Source: Bacteroidota bacterium (lineage in GTDB: Bacteria > Bacteroidota > Bacteroidia > Bacteroidales > UBA12481). Taken from it: a stretch of 64,000 bases of DNA. Shown here piece by piece: positions 30,177 to 40,074 of the stretch (position 1 is its first letter; each line of letters starts with the position of its first letter). Below the pieces are notes generated by a model, which saw nothing but the letters and a program-made list of their open reading frames with translations, ran no database searches and was not told the DNA's origin. The translations under genes were made by a program, and so were the position numbers. The stretch lies in assembly GCA_034658635.1 (NCBI GenBank), contig JAYEFL010000286.1, positions 1,773-65,772 of the forward strand, in the 5' to 3' direction.

Positions 30177-31397
30177 CTACTTTTTCAAAACGATCCTGAA
30201 AGTAGATCCTTTATTGACTTCCGAACTTTTCACAAAGATCTTTCCGCTGTGATAATTTTCTATGATCCTTTTGACTAAAGACAAGCCCAGGCCCCATCCT
30301 CGTGGCTTGGTAGTGTACCCAGGCTGAAATATCAGTTTGTAATTAGTTTTTGGAACACCTTTCCCGGAGTCAGCAATATCCACATAAACCACCTGACCCT
30401 GATCCTTTACTGAAATAGTAATTTTGCCAACTCCACCCATTGCATCTATGGCATTCTTACACAAATTCTCCACAACCCACTCAAATAGAGAGAGATTAAG
30501 AGGCACAAACAATTCATCAAAATCTCCAAACTGGAGATCAAACTCAATTTTATCAGACGAGCGTTTTTCAAGATAGTTAACTGAATGATTCAAAATGAGG
30601 AGCAAATTTTCAGGTATTAATACCGGAGCAGATCCAATCTTAGAGAAACGATCGGCTATAGTTTCAAGACGATGTACATCTTTCTCAACTTCAGACAACA
30701 GGCGCTTATCAGTTTCTTTCATTTTCATCAGCTCAAGCCAGGCCATCAAAGATGAAATTGGGGTTCCTAACTGGTGGGCAGTTTCTTTAGACATACCAAC
30801 CCAAACCTGGTTTTGTTCAGCCCTTCTTGAAGTGTTGAATGCAAAATATGCTACCAGGATAAACAGGAAAATAATAGCTAATTGTAAAAGCGGAAAGTAT
30901 TGTATGCGAGTTAAAACCACTGAATCCTTATAATACAGATATTGTCGGTCTTCAGGCATATATATGATAATAGGCTCATTTTTGTCTTTCATAATCGCAA
31001 GTTGGCGATCAAGGAACTTTTGACTTTTTTTACTCAAAGATCCTAGAAAAGACCCATCAATAGGCTTATTATTTTCATCATAAAGGCGCAAGTTTCTGAC
31101 ACTGTTAATTGCTCCTTCTTCATCTACCTTAATTACAGGAATAGTATTATTATTTTGAATAATATCAAGGAAGAATGCCTGATGCTTTCCACTCTCAAGA
31201 TCAGGAGTTGCCAGATACTCTGTTGCTTTGGCCCAGATTTCTATCTTTTTTCGCTCTTCCTCTGCCAATTCCTGAACAAGCACATTAATGTACCAGGTGG
31301 TGGCTACCCCAATAATAATGGCTGCAATAAAGAGTACAGCCTTCCAGCGTTGTTTGTGGGTATATACTTGCAAGTTCCGCAGCTTTTTCGTTTGCAC
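30177..31397 (-). CDS. Sensor histidine kinase (orphan in this window)
   Basis: 406 aa with two TM helices flanking a periplasmic loop. It has the H-box TAHQLGTPISSL and the N, G1 and G2 boxes NAIDAM, DSGKGV, GWGLGLS. Confidence 0.85.
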   Translation of the reverse strand: MQTKKLRNLQVYTHKQRWKAVLFIAAIIIGVATTWYINVLVQELAEEERKKIEIWAKATEYLATPDLESGKHQAFFLDIIQNNNTIPVIKVDEEGAINSVRNLRLYDENNKPIDGSFLGSLSKKSQKFLDRQLAIMKDKNEPIIIYMPEDRQYLYYKDSVVLTRIQYFPLLQLAIIFLFILVAYFAFNTSRRAEQNQVWVGMSKETAHQLGTPISSLMAWLELMKMKETDKRLLSEVEKDVHRLETIADRFSKIGSAPVLIPENLLLILNHSVNYLEKRSSDKIEFDLQFGDFDELFVPLNLSLFEWVVENLCKNAIDAMGGVGKITISVKDQGQVVYVDIADSGKGVPKTNYKLIFQPGYTTKPRGWGLGLSLVKRIIENYHSGKIFVKSSEVNKGSTFRIVLKK

Positions 31398-31455
31398 TTT
31401 AGGGTTTGGTCTGAATCATCTTTTAAAACGACTTAATGCCATCCATTATTGTGTT

Positions 31456-32499
31456 CTAATAATTTTTTCTTCCCTCCAGCTTAAGCCTGAGCTGTGATAG
31501 AGCTGTAATTCTTCCTGAATCTGACAGTTGCGTTAAATCAACTACCTGTATGCTGGAAGCAGATCGTTGCTTTAATCCGAAAGAATACTGCTTGTCATAA
31601 TAAGGAAGAAGCAAATCAACCACTTTTCCATAATCCTTTTCATTAAGAGCAAGCAAGGCTTGTTTGGTAATCAATCCCCCTGCTCGCTTTGTCAAAAGTC
31701 TGACCGCTTCCGTAAGTTCGTCATGTGCCTGATTACCATATTCCTGAACAAGGATTTTACGTCTTTCTTCATCGCTGACTTTGACAAAAACAATCTTTGA
31801 TGTACGTAGAATATTGTGAAAATATTCTGGCTGAAAAAGATCTCCTATTCTCCTGCTTTCATCCTCTGCCCAAACAAAACAATCAACAGGCAGTTTTTCC
31901 ATTTGTTCATGAAGAAGGTTTTCAAAATGCTCTGTACTAGGCTGATCACCAAGTCCAACTCCTCCAAAAGCAGAGCCACGGTGATTGGCAAGACTCTCAA
32001 GGTCAATCACCGGTTCACCAGCAGCCATCAGAGCCTTGATTAATATAGTTTTACCACTTCCAGTAAGTCCCCCCAGAACCAACAAGTGACGACTTTGAAA
32101 CATTGTCTCCCTGATGTGTTTTCGATATTCCTTGTATCCACCTTCAAGCAGATAAGCCTGTAAACCAGCAGCCTCAAACAACCAGGCTACAGAAGCACTT
32201 CTCATACCTCCTCTCCAGCAGTATATTTGAATTGCCCCGGTTTTTGCCAAATCAATTGCCTGATCAACCAGTGCAGTCATTTTCGGACCAACAATTTCCA
32301 GACCTTTTCTGATAGCTTCCTGCCGACTTTTATTCTTATAAAGAATCCCTACAATTTCACGTTCCTTATTCTCAAATAATGGAAGATTTATTGCTCCGGG
32401 TATATGGCCTTTTAAAAACTCTGCTGGAGAACGTACATCAACTACAGGCAATTGTTTGCCTTGATTCAGGAATGCCGATGTCGAAATTTTGTCAGCCAT
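31456..32499 (-). CDS. selU: tRNA 2-selenouridine synthase
   Basis: 347 aa. The N-terminal rhodanese domain has the active-site loop CWRGGMRS. A P-loop GGLTGSGKT follows. Confidence 0.9.
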   Translation of the reverse strand: MADKISTSAFLNQGKQLPVVDVRSPAEFLKGHIPGAINLPLFENKEREIVGILYKNKSRQEAIRKGLEIVGPKMTALVDQAIDLAKTGAIQIYCWRGGMRSASVAWLFEAAGLQAYLLEGGYKEYRKHIRETMFQSRHLLVLGGLTGSGKTILIKALMAAGEPVIDLESLANHRGSAFGGVGLGDQPSTEHFENLLHEQMEKLPVDCFVWAEDESRRIGDLFQPEYFHNILRTSKIVFVKVSDEERRKILVQEYGNQAHDELTEAVRLLTKRAGGLITKQALLALNEKDYGKVVDLLLPYYDKQYSFGLKQRSASSIQVVDLTQLSDSGRITALSQLRLKLEGRKNY

Positions 32500-33266
32500 C
32501 AGCGTTCAAGAAATTGACCTAGTATTGACTGGCTTTCTTTACCTGAATTCCTGCCGTAGGGTGCAAGTGCCTGGATTAATTTCCTTATCGGCATGGATTG
32601 AAGCCAAACAGTTCCTGTTCCTCTCAATGTTGCAACAAATAATCCCTCTCCACCAAATATCATGGATTTCAAACTCCCTGATTTTTCCACGTCAAAATCA
32701 ATAGTGTTCTCAAATGCCACAACACAGCCGGTGTCAACTCTTAGCAATTCGTTATTCAGATCTTTCCTGATAACTGTACCACCAGCATGAATAAAGGCCT
32801 TACCATCGCCCTCAAGCTTCTGCAAAATAAAACCTTCGCCGCCCACCAGTCCGGCACCCAGTCGCCGATTAAAAACAATGGAAAACTTTGTGCCTTTTGC
32901 AGCACACAAAAATCCATCTTTTTGCACCACTAAGGGAGACCTTAGAGTTTTCAGATCAACTGGAATAATAGTACCAGGATAAGGTGCAGAAAACGCTACA
33001 CGGGCTTTTCCGTATCCATCATTAGTAAAATGTGTCAGGAACAAACTCTCCCCTGTCAGAACACGCGATCCGGCAGAGAGCAATTTCCCCATTAAGCCCT
33101 GGTTTGCCTGGGATCCATCTCCCATCTTTGTTTCAAAACGAATTGTTTCATCCATATAAACCATAGTGCCTGCTTCTGCTATCACCGTTTCCTGTGGGTC
33201 AAGCTCTACTTCCACCATCTGGATGTCGTTACCCAAAATCTTATAGTCTATTTCGTGTGAGGTCAT
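32499..33266 (-). CDS. AIM24/TIGR00266 (DUF124) family protein
   Basis: 255 aa. The N-terminus [34 protein letters not shown] and the later [21 protein letters not shown] match the family pattern. The stop overlaps the selU start by 1 nt. Confidence 0.8.
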   Translation of the reverse strand: MTSHEIDYKILGNDIQMVEVELDPQETVIAEAGTMVYMDETIRFETKMGDGSQANQGLMGKLLSAGSRVLTGESLFLTHFTNDGYGKARVAFSAPYPGTIIPVDLKTLRSPLVVQKDGFLCAAKGTKFSIVFNRRLGAGLVGGEGFILQKLEGDGKAFIHAGGTVIRKDLNNELLRVDTGCVVAFENTIDFDVEKSGSLKSMIFGGEGLFVATLRGTGTVWLQSMPIRKLIQALAPYGRNSGKESQSILGQFLER

Positions 33267-33268
33267 AT

Positions 33269-35479
33269 CTATTGAATATTTAATAGTTTATCTTCAAGCG
33301 GTTTAATTTCACCAATAACTTTAGCCATCAAGCCATGAGCTTTGAAACGTTCCAAAATGGTTTTAGATTGTTCGGGATCTGTAAAAATCAATAAGCCACC
33401 TGAAGTTTGTGCATCAGCTAATAGCAAGAGCAGATTATCACTGATATCAGGATGAATATTCAAATCTGCATTAACAAAACTGAGATTGTTTTTTGTACCT
33501 CCCGGTATAACTCCCGCAGCAATTAATTCAGATGCACCCTGAATCACAGGAACATCGTTAGCCCACAAATCCACTGAAACATTACTTGCACGTAAAACCT
33601 CTCGTAAGTGCCCCAATAATCCAAACCCCGTTACATCCGTACAGGCATGAATATCAAGATCCCGAATCAATTCAGCCGGAACCTTATTCAATTGAGTCAT
33701 TAGCGTACTTATCTCATTAATCTGATTATGATCCAGTAATCCTCTTTTCAGTGCGGTAGCCATAATTCCCAATCCTAAAGGTTTGGTCAGAATAATCAAA
33801 TCCTCCGCTTTGGCTCCTTCATTCTTCCATAGTTTGTCAGGATGCACAAATCCGGAAACTACCATTCCAAATTTGGGTTCATTATCTTCAACTGTATGTC
33901 CGCCCAGGATAGGTATACCGGCCTCAGATGCTTTGTCTGAAGCACCTTTCATGATCTGCTCTAAGACGCTTAACGGCAAGCGCTTAGCCGGAAAACCAAC
34001 TATATTCAGAGCAAAAGAAGGACTTGCACCCATAGCGTATATATCACTGAGCGCATTGGTAGCTGCTATGGCTCCAAACTGGTAAGGATCATCAACAACA
34101 GGAGTGAAAAAGTCTACTGTTTGCACCAGTGCAAGATCATCATTGATCAAATAAACAGCTGCATCATCGGCAGTTTCAGGCCCTACCAGTATATTATCCC
34201 CAGCCGGAACCGGCATAGATTTCAGTACCTGGTCTAAATCCTGCGGACGTAATTTACAGGCGCAGCCCAAACCATGTGTAAACTGAGTCAATCTGATTTC
34301 TTCACCTGTCTCTTCAACAATAGTCTCTCCATCATCATCCGGCAAAAACTGCCGTACCTTCAGAACAATTTCATCAATAGCCAGATGTATTTCTTCTTCA
34401 CTAGTCCACTTTCCGGTAGAAAAGCGAATAGTGCCCATAGCCCAATCGACCGGGATATTCATCGCCTGCAACACAGGTGAAATCTCTACTTCGTCAGCAT
34501 GACACGCAGCTCCCGCCGATGCAGCCACTCTATCCATAGCAAGAAGAAGAGAAGAGGCCTCCATATTTCTGAACGAAACATTCAATGTATTTGGCAATCG
34601 TTGCTCAGGGTGACCATTTATGCGCATTTCAGGAAAAGCATCTGACAATTCTGACTCCAACAGATCTCTTGCTGATTGCATCTTTCGAATATTCACATCA
34701 AGATCTCTTTGTGCAATTTCACATGCACGTCCCAGTCCAGCAATTTCGAGAACATTTTCAGTTCCGGGTCGGGTATTCTGCTCATGATCAGCTCCGTGAA
34801 ATATCTTCTTTATTCTCACTCCCCCCCTGATGTAAAGAGCCCCCACACCTTTAGGGGCATATAGCTTATGTCCGGCCACAGAAAGCAAATCCACACCAAG
34901 ATCTTTGACGCTCACCGGAGACTTACCAAGTGATTGCGCACAATCAGTGTGCATTATGATATTGTGATCGCGGGCTATGGCGGCAATTTCCCTGACAGGC
35001 TGAATTGTTCCAACTTCATTATTTGCATCCATGATACTAATCAGAATGGTATCCTTTCTTATGGCCTGCCTAACATCTTCGGGATCGACCATACCATAGT
35101 TATCCACAGGCACCCTGGTAACAGTAAAACCAAAATCCTCCAGATAATTGCATACCTCAGAAACAGCCGGATGCTCCACAGAGGAAGTTATGATATGCTT
35201 GCCCTTATGCTGATTTTCAAAAGCCACTCCCTGCAGAGCCATATTATTGGATTCGGTACCACCACTCGTAAATACAATCTCTTGTGGCTTTGCAGATATT
35301 AGTCTGGCTACCTGTAACCTTGCCTTTTCGATGGCTGTACGGGTTATGGCACCATAATAATGTGAGCTGCTTGGATTTCCAAAATGCTCCCTGAAAAAAG
35401 GCTCCATGGCCTCAATTACCTCAGGATCAACAGGTGTTGTCGCATTATAATCAAGATATACAGGAGGTTCAGGATTCAT
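33269..35479 (-). CDS. selD: Fusion protein: NifS-like cysteine desulfurase/selenocysteine lyase (N-terminal) and selenide, water dikinase SelD (C-terminal)
   Basis: N-terminal half: LDYNATTP, the PLP lysine in [12 protein letters not shown], and the active-site loop SAGAACHA. C-terminal half: [13 protein letters not shown] (Cys-type SelD loop), [16 protein letters not shown]. The likely start is ATG 35479, 1 nt after the rsgA stop. The ORF extension up to 35689 overlaps rsgA. Confidence 0.9.
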   Translation of the reverse strand: MNPEPPVYLDYNATTPVDPEVIEAMEPFFREHFGNPSSSHYYGAITRTAIEKARLQVARLISAKPQEIVFTSGGTESNNMALQGVAFENQHKGKHIITSSVEHPAVSEVCNYLEDFGFTVTRVPVDNYGMVDPEDVRQAIRKDTILISIMDANNEVGTIQPVREIAAIARDHNIIMHTDCAQSLGKSPVSVKDLGVDLLSVAGHKLYAPKGVGALYIRGGVRIKKIFHGADHEQNTRPGTENVLEIAGLGRACEIAQRDLDVNIRKMQSARDLLESELSDAFPEMRINGHPEQRLPNTLNVSFRNMEASSLLLAMDRVAASAGAACHADEVEISPVLQAMNIPVDWAMGTIRFSTGKWTSEEEIHLAIDEIVLKVRQFLPDDDGETIVEETGEEIRLTQFTHGLGCACKLRPQDLDQVLKSMPVPAGDNILVGPETADDAAVYLINDDLALVQTVDFFTPVVDDPYQFGAIAATNALSDIYAMGASPSFALNIVGFPAKRLPLSVLEQIMKGASDKASEAGIPILGGHTVEDNEPKFGMVVSGFVHPDKLWKNEGAKAEDLIILTKPLGLGIMATALKRGLLDHNQINEISTLMTQLNKVPAELIRDLDIHACTDVTGFGLLGHLREVLRASNVSVDLWANDVPVIQGASELIAAGVIPGGTKNNLSFVNADLNIHPDISDNLLLLLADAQTSGGLLIFTDPEQSKTILERFKAHGLMAKVIGEIKPLEDKLLNIQ

Positions 35480-35480
35480 T

Positions 35481-36419
35481 TCACCAAGGTGTTTTTCGGT
35501 ACTTCTCATCATCGTCTGATAATATAGCCAGATAATTTTTATAACGCATGAAAGAAATTTTCCCTTCCTCAACAGCCACTGCAACCGCACAATCCGGTTC
35601 ATGAGAATGAGTACAATTGTGATATTTGCAGGCATGTGACATATTGAATATTTCAGGAAAAAAATGATACAACTCTTCTTTCCTGACATCTATCATTCCG
35701 AATCCCCGTATCCCGGGTGTATCAATAACGTGTCCTCCTTCTTCCAGGGCCAACATTTCAGGGTAAGTAGTAGTATGTTTTCCAGACAGATGAGCACTGG
35801 ATACTTCTGCTGTTTTCAAAACAAGCCCGGGAAGCAGAGTGTTGATCAGGCTAGACTTTCCAACTCCGGAATTTCCGCTAATAACAGATATTTTACCAGA
35901 TAAAATGCGTCGGATATCATCTATCCCGGTTGATTTTAAAACAGAAATCGCATAACATCGGTAACCTGCTGCTTCATAAATCCCTTTCCAGTCATTCAGA
36001 ATTTTCAAATCCTCAGGTAAATAAATGTCAGTTTTATTAAAAACTAGTATTGCAGGGATTTTATATGCTTCAGCAGAAACCAGAAACCGGTCAATAAACA
36101 TTGAATAAGTAGTTGGCTCTTTCAAGGTAACCATAAGCAATGCCTGATCTACGTTTGCAGCTAAGATATGTGCTTCGCGGGCCAGGTTGATAGATTTCCG
36201 GATAATATAATTCTTCCTCGGGTGGATTTTAACAATAATTCCGTTCTCCTGCCCCTCCTCCTTTTTCAACTCTACAATATCTCCAACTGCAACCGGATTG
36301 GTGAGGCGTATCCCCTTGATCCTGAATTTGCCCTTGATAGTACAGGAGATTATCTGACCGTTACTGGTTTTAACCTTGTGCCATGATCCGGTTGTTTTTA
36401 TTACCAGGCCCTTTATCAT
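35481..36419 (-). CDS. rsgA: Ribosome small-subunit-dependent GTPase A
   Basis: The start is ATG 36419 (MIKGLVIKTTGSWHKV). It has an OB fold, the circularly permuted GTPase motifs FNKTD and GNSGVGKSSLIN, and the zinc knuckle CKYHNCTHSHEPDCAV. Confidence 0.92.
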   Translation of the reverse strand: MIKGLVIKTTGSWHKVKTSNGQIISCTIKGKFRIKGIRLTNPVAVGDIVELKKEEGQENGIIVKIHPRKNYIIRKSINLAREAHILAANVDQALLMVTLKEPTTYSMFIDRFLVSAEAYKIPAILVFNKTDIYLPEDLKILNDWKGIYEAAGYRCYAISVLKSTGIDDIRRILSGKISVISGNSGVGKSSLINTLLPGLVLKTAEVSSAHLSGKHTTTYPEMLALEEGGHVIDTPGIRGFGMIDVRKEELYHFFPEIFNMSHACKYHNCTHSHEPDCAVAVAVEEGKISFMRYKNYLAILSDDDEKYRKTPW

Positions 36420-36473
36420 AACCCAAATGTAGTAAGTTAAAATGTAAATGGAATCCAAAGGAAATAAATCCCT

Positions 36474-36502
36474 CCCCCCTAACATTAGGGGGGATAGGGG
36501 GG
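36474..36502 (-). terminator. GC-rich hairpin downstream of pepE (putative terminator or REP-like element)
   Basis: CCCCCCTAACATTAGGGGGG is a near-perfect palindrome, followed by a second G6 run (ATAGGGGGG). It lies 11 nt after the pepE stop. Confidence 0.4.
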
Positions 36503-36512
36503 TTAACTATAA

Positions 36513-37217
36513 TCAAATAAGAAAACTCAGATCCTCTCCAGGGTTAATCTCTACAGCTTCTTCTCCGAACTTGAAGATCCTTGCCGGACGGGGACCAATC
36601 AATTCTATCCTGGTATTGCGAACAGATAACATAGTTCCTTCACGCAAGCCCAAAACAATAGTATCCTGATTTACCTCCAGAAATTCTTCTATTCTCTGCT
36701 CCCGTGTTTCACCAGCATGACCATCAGGATTAGCATCAAGGTAATGAGGATTGATCTGGAAGGGAATCAGGTTCAGGGCATGCAAACCATGGGGATCAAC
36801 GATCGGCATATCATTGGTAGTTTTAATTGTTGGGCAAGCCATATTAGACCCTGCACTCCAGCCTACAAAAGGGGTCCCGGTCAATACTTTCTCTCTGATG
36901 GGATCAAGTAATTTTTGATCATGAATCATCCTGGTCAATTGCCAGGTATTTCCTCCACCTATCACTATGGCATCAGCTTCCTTAATCGCTTTTACCGGAT
37001 CAGCATGAAGGTGTATTGAATCAACTTTATATCCTATCTCATCAAATCGCTCCTGGACCTTCTTTGCATAATCATCAAATGAAAATGTAACTCCTGCGAA
37101 AGGAATAAAGAGAGTTTTCTTAATCCTGGGACCTAGAAAGTCTTGGATTTCAAATTTTGGATAGTCTAAATATGCCTCACCGGCATTGGTGGAATTACTG
37201 ATTAATAAGAGCCTCAT
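36513..37217 (-). CDS. pepE: Dipeptidase E (peptidase S51)
   Basis: 234 aa with MRLLLISNS, IVIGGGNTWQL, and the catalytic Ser region GWSAGSN. Confidence 0.85.
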   Translation of the reverse strand: MRLLLISNSTNAGEAYLDYPKFEIQDFLGPRIKKTLFIPFAGVTFSFDDYAKKVQERFDEIGYKVDSIHLHADPVKAIKEADAIVIGGGNTWQLTRMIHDQKLLDPIREKVLTGTPFVGWSAGSNMACPTIKTTNDMPIVDPHGLHALNLIPFQINPHYLDANPDGHAGETREQRIEEFLEVNQDTIVLGLREGTMLSVRNTRIELIGPRPARIFKFGEEAVEINPGEDLSFLI

Positions 37218-37240
37218 GATAAATGTGTTTCAAGTGGTTT

Positions 37241-38005
37241 TCAAAAGTTTTTCAAAATATTCTCCGCGATAAAGTTATTCGGATTTTTCTTAATTCTAAG
37301 AAAATTAAATTGCTGACTCATCACACTATAGATCAACATCTGCCCCGACAAAACCTGGCCTGTTCCCAATATGATTTTCAGAGCTTCATTTGCTTGCATT
37401 AAACCCATAATACCAGGTAAAATGCTGTATATTCCAAGTAAAGGACTTTGTTCAAGATTTTCATTTTCCGGTTGGGGGAAAAGGCACCTGTAGCTGGGTC
37501 CTCCCTGATAATTAAAAACCGACAGCTGCCCCTGGGTTTTATAGACAGAAGAATGCACCAGGGGTTTGTTATTCAACACACAGGCATCACTTAACACATA
37601 TCTGGCTTGAAAATTATCTGTGCAATCAAGAACCAGGTCATGTTTTGCAACAATATCTAAAGCATTGTTATAGCTGGCCCTGATTACAACCTTCTCAATA
37701 TCAACCGCATGATTCATTGCCTTCATAAGGGATGTAGCCACAATAGCTTTGTGTTTCCCTAAATCTTTAACACCATAAAATACTTGTCTCTGAAGATTCG
37801 AAACATCAACCACATCATCATCCATAATGGTCAGATGACCTACTCCTGTGGCCGTTAGATATTGAATAGCCGGGCATCCCAGTCCACCAGCGCCAACAAC
37901 AAGAATTCTGGCCATTTTTATCTTTTCCTGACCTGATTCTCCAACCTCTTCAAGGAGTATATGGCGATGATATCTCGATTTCTCACTATCTGACAATATA
38001 CTCAT
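37241..38005 (-). CDS. ThiF/MoeB/HesA family E1-like adenylyltransferase
   Basis: 254 aa with RYHRHILL, the nucleotide-binding loop VVGAGGLGCP, and DDDVVDVSNLQRQ. There is no rhodanese tail. Confidence 0.8.
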   Translation of the reverse strand: MSILSDSEKSRYHRHILLEEVGESGQEKIKMARILVVGAGGLGCPAIQYLTATGVGHLTIMDDDVVDVSNLQRQVFYGVKDLGKHKAIVATSLMKAMNHAVDIEKVVIRASYNNALDIVAKHDLVLDCTDNFQARYVLSDACVLNNKPLVHSSVYKTQGQLSVFNYQGGPSYRCLFPQPENENLEQSPLLGIYSILPGIMGLMQANEALKIILGTGQVLSGQMLIYSVMSQQFNFLRIKKNPNNFIAENILKNF

Positions 38006-38016
38006 GCCCCGAAGGT

Positions 38017-38052
38017 AAAAAAAAAGGTCGATTCTGAAATTCAGAACCGACC
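38017..38052 (-). terminator. Rho-independent terminator after the outer-membrane protein gene
   Basis: A 13-nt arm GGTCGATTCTGAA pairs with TTCAGAACCGACC (12 of 13). On the minus-strand transcript it is followed by a U9 tract (A9 at 38017-38025 on the plus strand). Confidence 0.6.
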
Positions 38053-38070
38053 TAAACCTAAACCCTATAT

Positions 38071-38103
38071 GTTAACCATATCTGTTAACCATATCTGTTA
38101 ACC
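38071..38103. repeat. 13-bp tandem repeat (about 2.5 copies), each unit containing GTTAAC
   Basis: The sequence reads gttaaccatatct gttaaccatatct gttaacc, immediately downstream of the OMP stop codon. Confidence 0.85.
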
Positions 38104-38113
38104 TCAACGATGA

Positions 38114-38977
38114 TTAATCTCCTATATGAATCCCAATAGTTACAGGATAAATATCCGGACCCATTCCGTCGTTGAAAAGTGTTTGAGGATAATAATTTGC
38201 AAACAAGGCTATATCCCCATAACCAACTCTGGCAGTAAAGCCATACCTGAAATCTCTGAGATTAAAAGTGTCTTTAGTTTTAATTTTCTCCTTCTCTCCG
38301 CTGCTAACATACTTTTGAACCTGGCGGGATCCAATCCTCAAACCTCCAATAACACCACCTGAAAGTATAACACGCTTACGTTCTCCATATACAGGTATTT
38401 GTATTTCAGCCATCAGAGGGAGGTTAATGTAAGTTGTACTCAGTCGGTTTTTATCCAGATCCATATCAACCGGTACTCCAGTCATCATTCCATCCACCTC
38501 TGTGATTTTCACATCATTAAGCAACATATACCTGTTGTATTCCAGTCCTAAACCAGTAACAATACCAAAATAATTATTTGCTAAACCCAATGATTTTTCA
38601 GCAAAATTCAAGCTGAATCCCCATGATCGTCCCATATCAAGGTCCATAAATCCAGCATCTGCTGGTAAGTCTAATGCATAATCTGCATTAACAAAATTAG
38701 TCAGGCCAAACTCCATACCTTCCCAGGTTCCATCCATTCTTTTGTGGTGCTTTTTCTTTGTAATTCGCTCATTAATCACAATTTCATCAAAATCATTCTC
38801 GTCTGTAATAATTCTGATTTCCTTACCATCCTCTACAATTATGGTATATTTCTTTTTACCAATTCTGACTTTTGAAGTGTCAGCATCTTGTGAAAAAACA
38901 CCTGTTCCTAATCCGAACAATAATATCAGTGCAAGAGATGTAAATCGTTTCATACTTATTGATTTAATAGTTTTCAT
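38114..38977 (-). CDS. Outer-membrane beta-barrel (porin-family) protein
   Basis: 287 aa with a signal peptide. The C-terminal half shows an alternating beta-strand pattern. It lies downstream of an ECF sigma/anti-sigma pair. Confidence 0.7.
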   Translation of the reverse strand: MKTIKSISMKRFTSLALILLFGLGTGVFSQDADTSKVRIGKKKYTIIVEDGKEIRIITDENDFDEIVINERITKKKHHKRMDGTWEGMEFGLTNFVNADYALDLPADAGFMDLDMGRSWGFSLNFAEKSLGLANNYFGIVTGLGLEYNRYMLLNDVKITEVDGMMTGVPVDMDLDKNRLSTTYINLPLMAEIQIPVYGERKRVILSGGVIGGLRIGSRQVQKYVSSGEKEKIKTKDTFNLRDFRYGFTARVGYGDIALFANYYPQTLFNDGMGPDIYPVTIGIHIGD

Positions 38978-39012
38978 TATTTGATGATAAGACGGTTAGA
39001 GGATTCAGAAAG

Positions 39013-40074
39013 TTACAAACCCTCTTGAAACTGCTTGTTTCTTCGTCCGTTAATTGGTGTAGAGAAGGCTACTAAACGAGAATCAAATGCTACGGATTCA
39101 AGCTTTCCATCATCATTGTATTCTCTGTTCAGATCCACCGGTAATGACAGTAAATTGGATACCTTGTCAATTCCGGCATCTGCCAGTTCCCAAAAACTAA
39201 ATTTTGTTTTTTTAACAAAATCAGCATCCTGACCAAGAATTTGCTCTCTCAAAACATTTCCGGTATAAGCCAAAAAGGTTTGGTATTCAATATCCTGCTG
39301 AGAAGGAAGGGTTCGATGTATAAAAGCATACGACTTGTCGGCAATAGGAGAGGAAGAATTTAGCAATCTCACAGGCAGCTTTCCTGCTGGTGAAATACTA
39401 AGCATAGCAAAGCCCGGGTCAATAACCGGTTCAATAATAGCTTTGGCATCAGGAGCAAGCAAGATTTTTACCGGATCAGTCAATGCAATTTTATCAAATT
39501 TCGATGGATTAATAAGCTTATTTAAATAAATGACCTGACGTGAGGAATCCTTAGCTATTAATGGTGGTTCCTGAACAGCCTCATTAGGTGAGAAGATAAA
39601 CCAGCCCAAAACAATTATTGCAGCTGCAGACACCAAGCTATAAACATACATGGGAATTTGAATTCTCCTTTTCTGCAAACTGGCTTTGTTTTCAAAAACA
39701 ATACTTGAATCTGGTTTCAGGATAGTTTGTTTCAGCCTCTGAAACAGGACGGCCTTATTGTTATTAACCTCCAGGCTTGTATCGAAAATCTTTTCTTCGG
39801 CCGGAATCATATCCCCTTCTATCCTGGCAATACAATCTATCTCATCTTCAGATAATTCTGGCAAGTTAAGATCAGTTCTGAACAAATCAGTCTTCCCGGG
39901 GCATGTCAACACAGGAGCTTCCAAGGTCAGAAAATCAGAAAAATCAGGATCGATATGAAGTTCCGGATGAGATTTAAGAAATGTCAATAGCTCATTTATC
40001 CTGACATCTGAGAGATTTCCCTCCTGATAATCAAGCATCCATGCTTCTACGTTATTTCTTGTGATCTTTTCCAT
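39013..40074 (-). CDS. Putative anti-sigma factor (single-pass membrane protein)
   Basis: 353 aa. Its start overlaps the ECF sigma stop by 1 nt. It has a central TM helix (VYSLVSAAAIIVLGWFIF). The assignment is by position only. Confidence 0.5.
   Translation of the reverse strand: MEKITRNNVEAWMLDYQEGNLSDVRINELLTFLKSHPELHIDPDFSDFLTLEAPVLTCPGKTDLFRTDLNLPELSEDEIDCIARIEGDMIPAEEKIFDTSLEVNNNKAVLFQRLKQTILKPDSSIVFENKASLQKRRIQIPMYVYSLVSAAAIIVLGWFIFSPNEAVQEPPLIAKDSSRQVIYLNKLINPSKFDKIALTDPVKILLAPDAKAIIEPVIDPGFAMLSISPAGKLPVRLLNSSSPIADKSYAFIHRTLPSQQDIEYQTFLAYTGNVLREQILGQDADFVKKTKFSFWELADAGIDKVSNLLSLPVDLNREYNDDGKLESVAFDSRLVAFSTPINGRRNKQFQEGL

Noticed and set aside
31456-35479. Because selenium genes are present, I looked for selenoprotein genes, meaning an in-frame TGA splitting a conserved ORF.
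   Set aside because: No pair of adjacent same-frame ORFs separated by a single TGA was apparent in the window. The TlpA-like and SelD active sites use Cys. The trait here appears to be selenouridine only.
35480-35689. The NifS::SelD ORF has an N-terminal 70-aa extension (MSGKKSCIIFFLKYSICH...).
   Set aside because: It overlaps the well-supported 3' end of rsgA by about 200 nt and has an implausible composition. The ATG at 35479 gives the canonical NifS N-terminus right after the rsgA stop.
38071-38103. I considered the tandem repeats here and at 54202-54257 as possible CRISPR or minisatellite arrays.
   Set aside because: The units are 13 and 7 bp with no spacers, and there are no cas genes in the window. 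They are not CRISPR.
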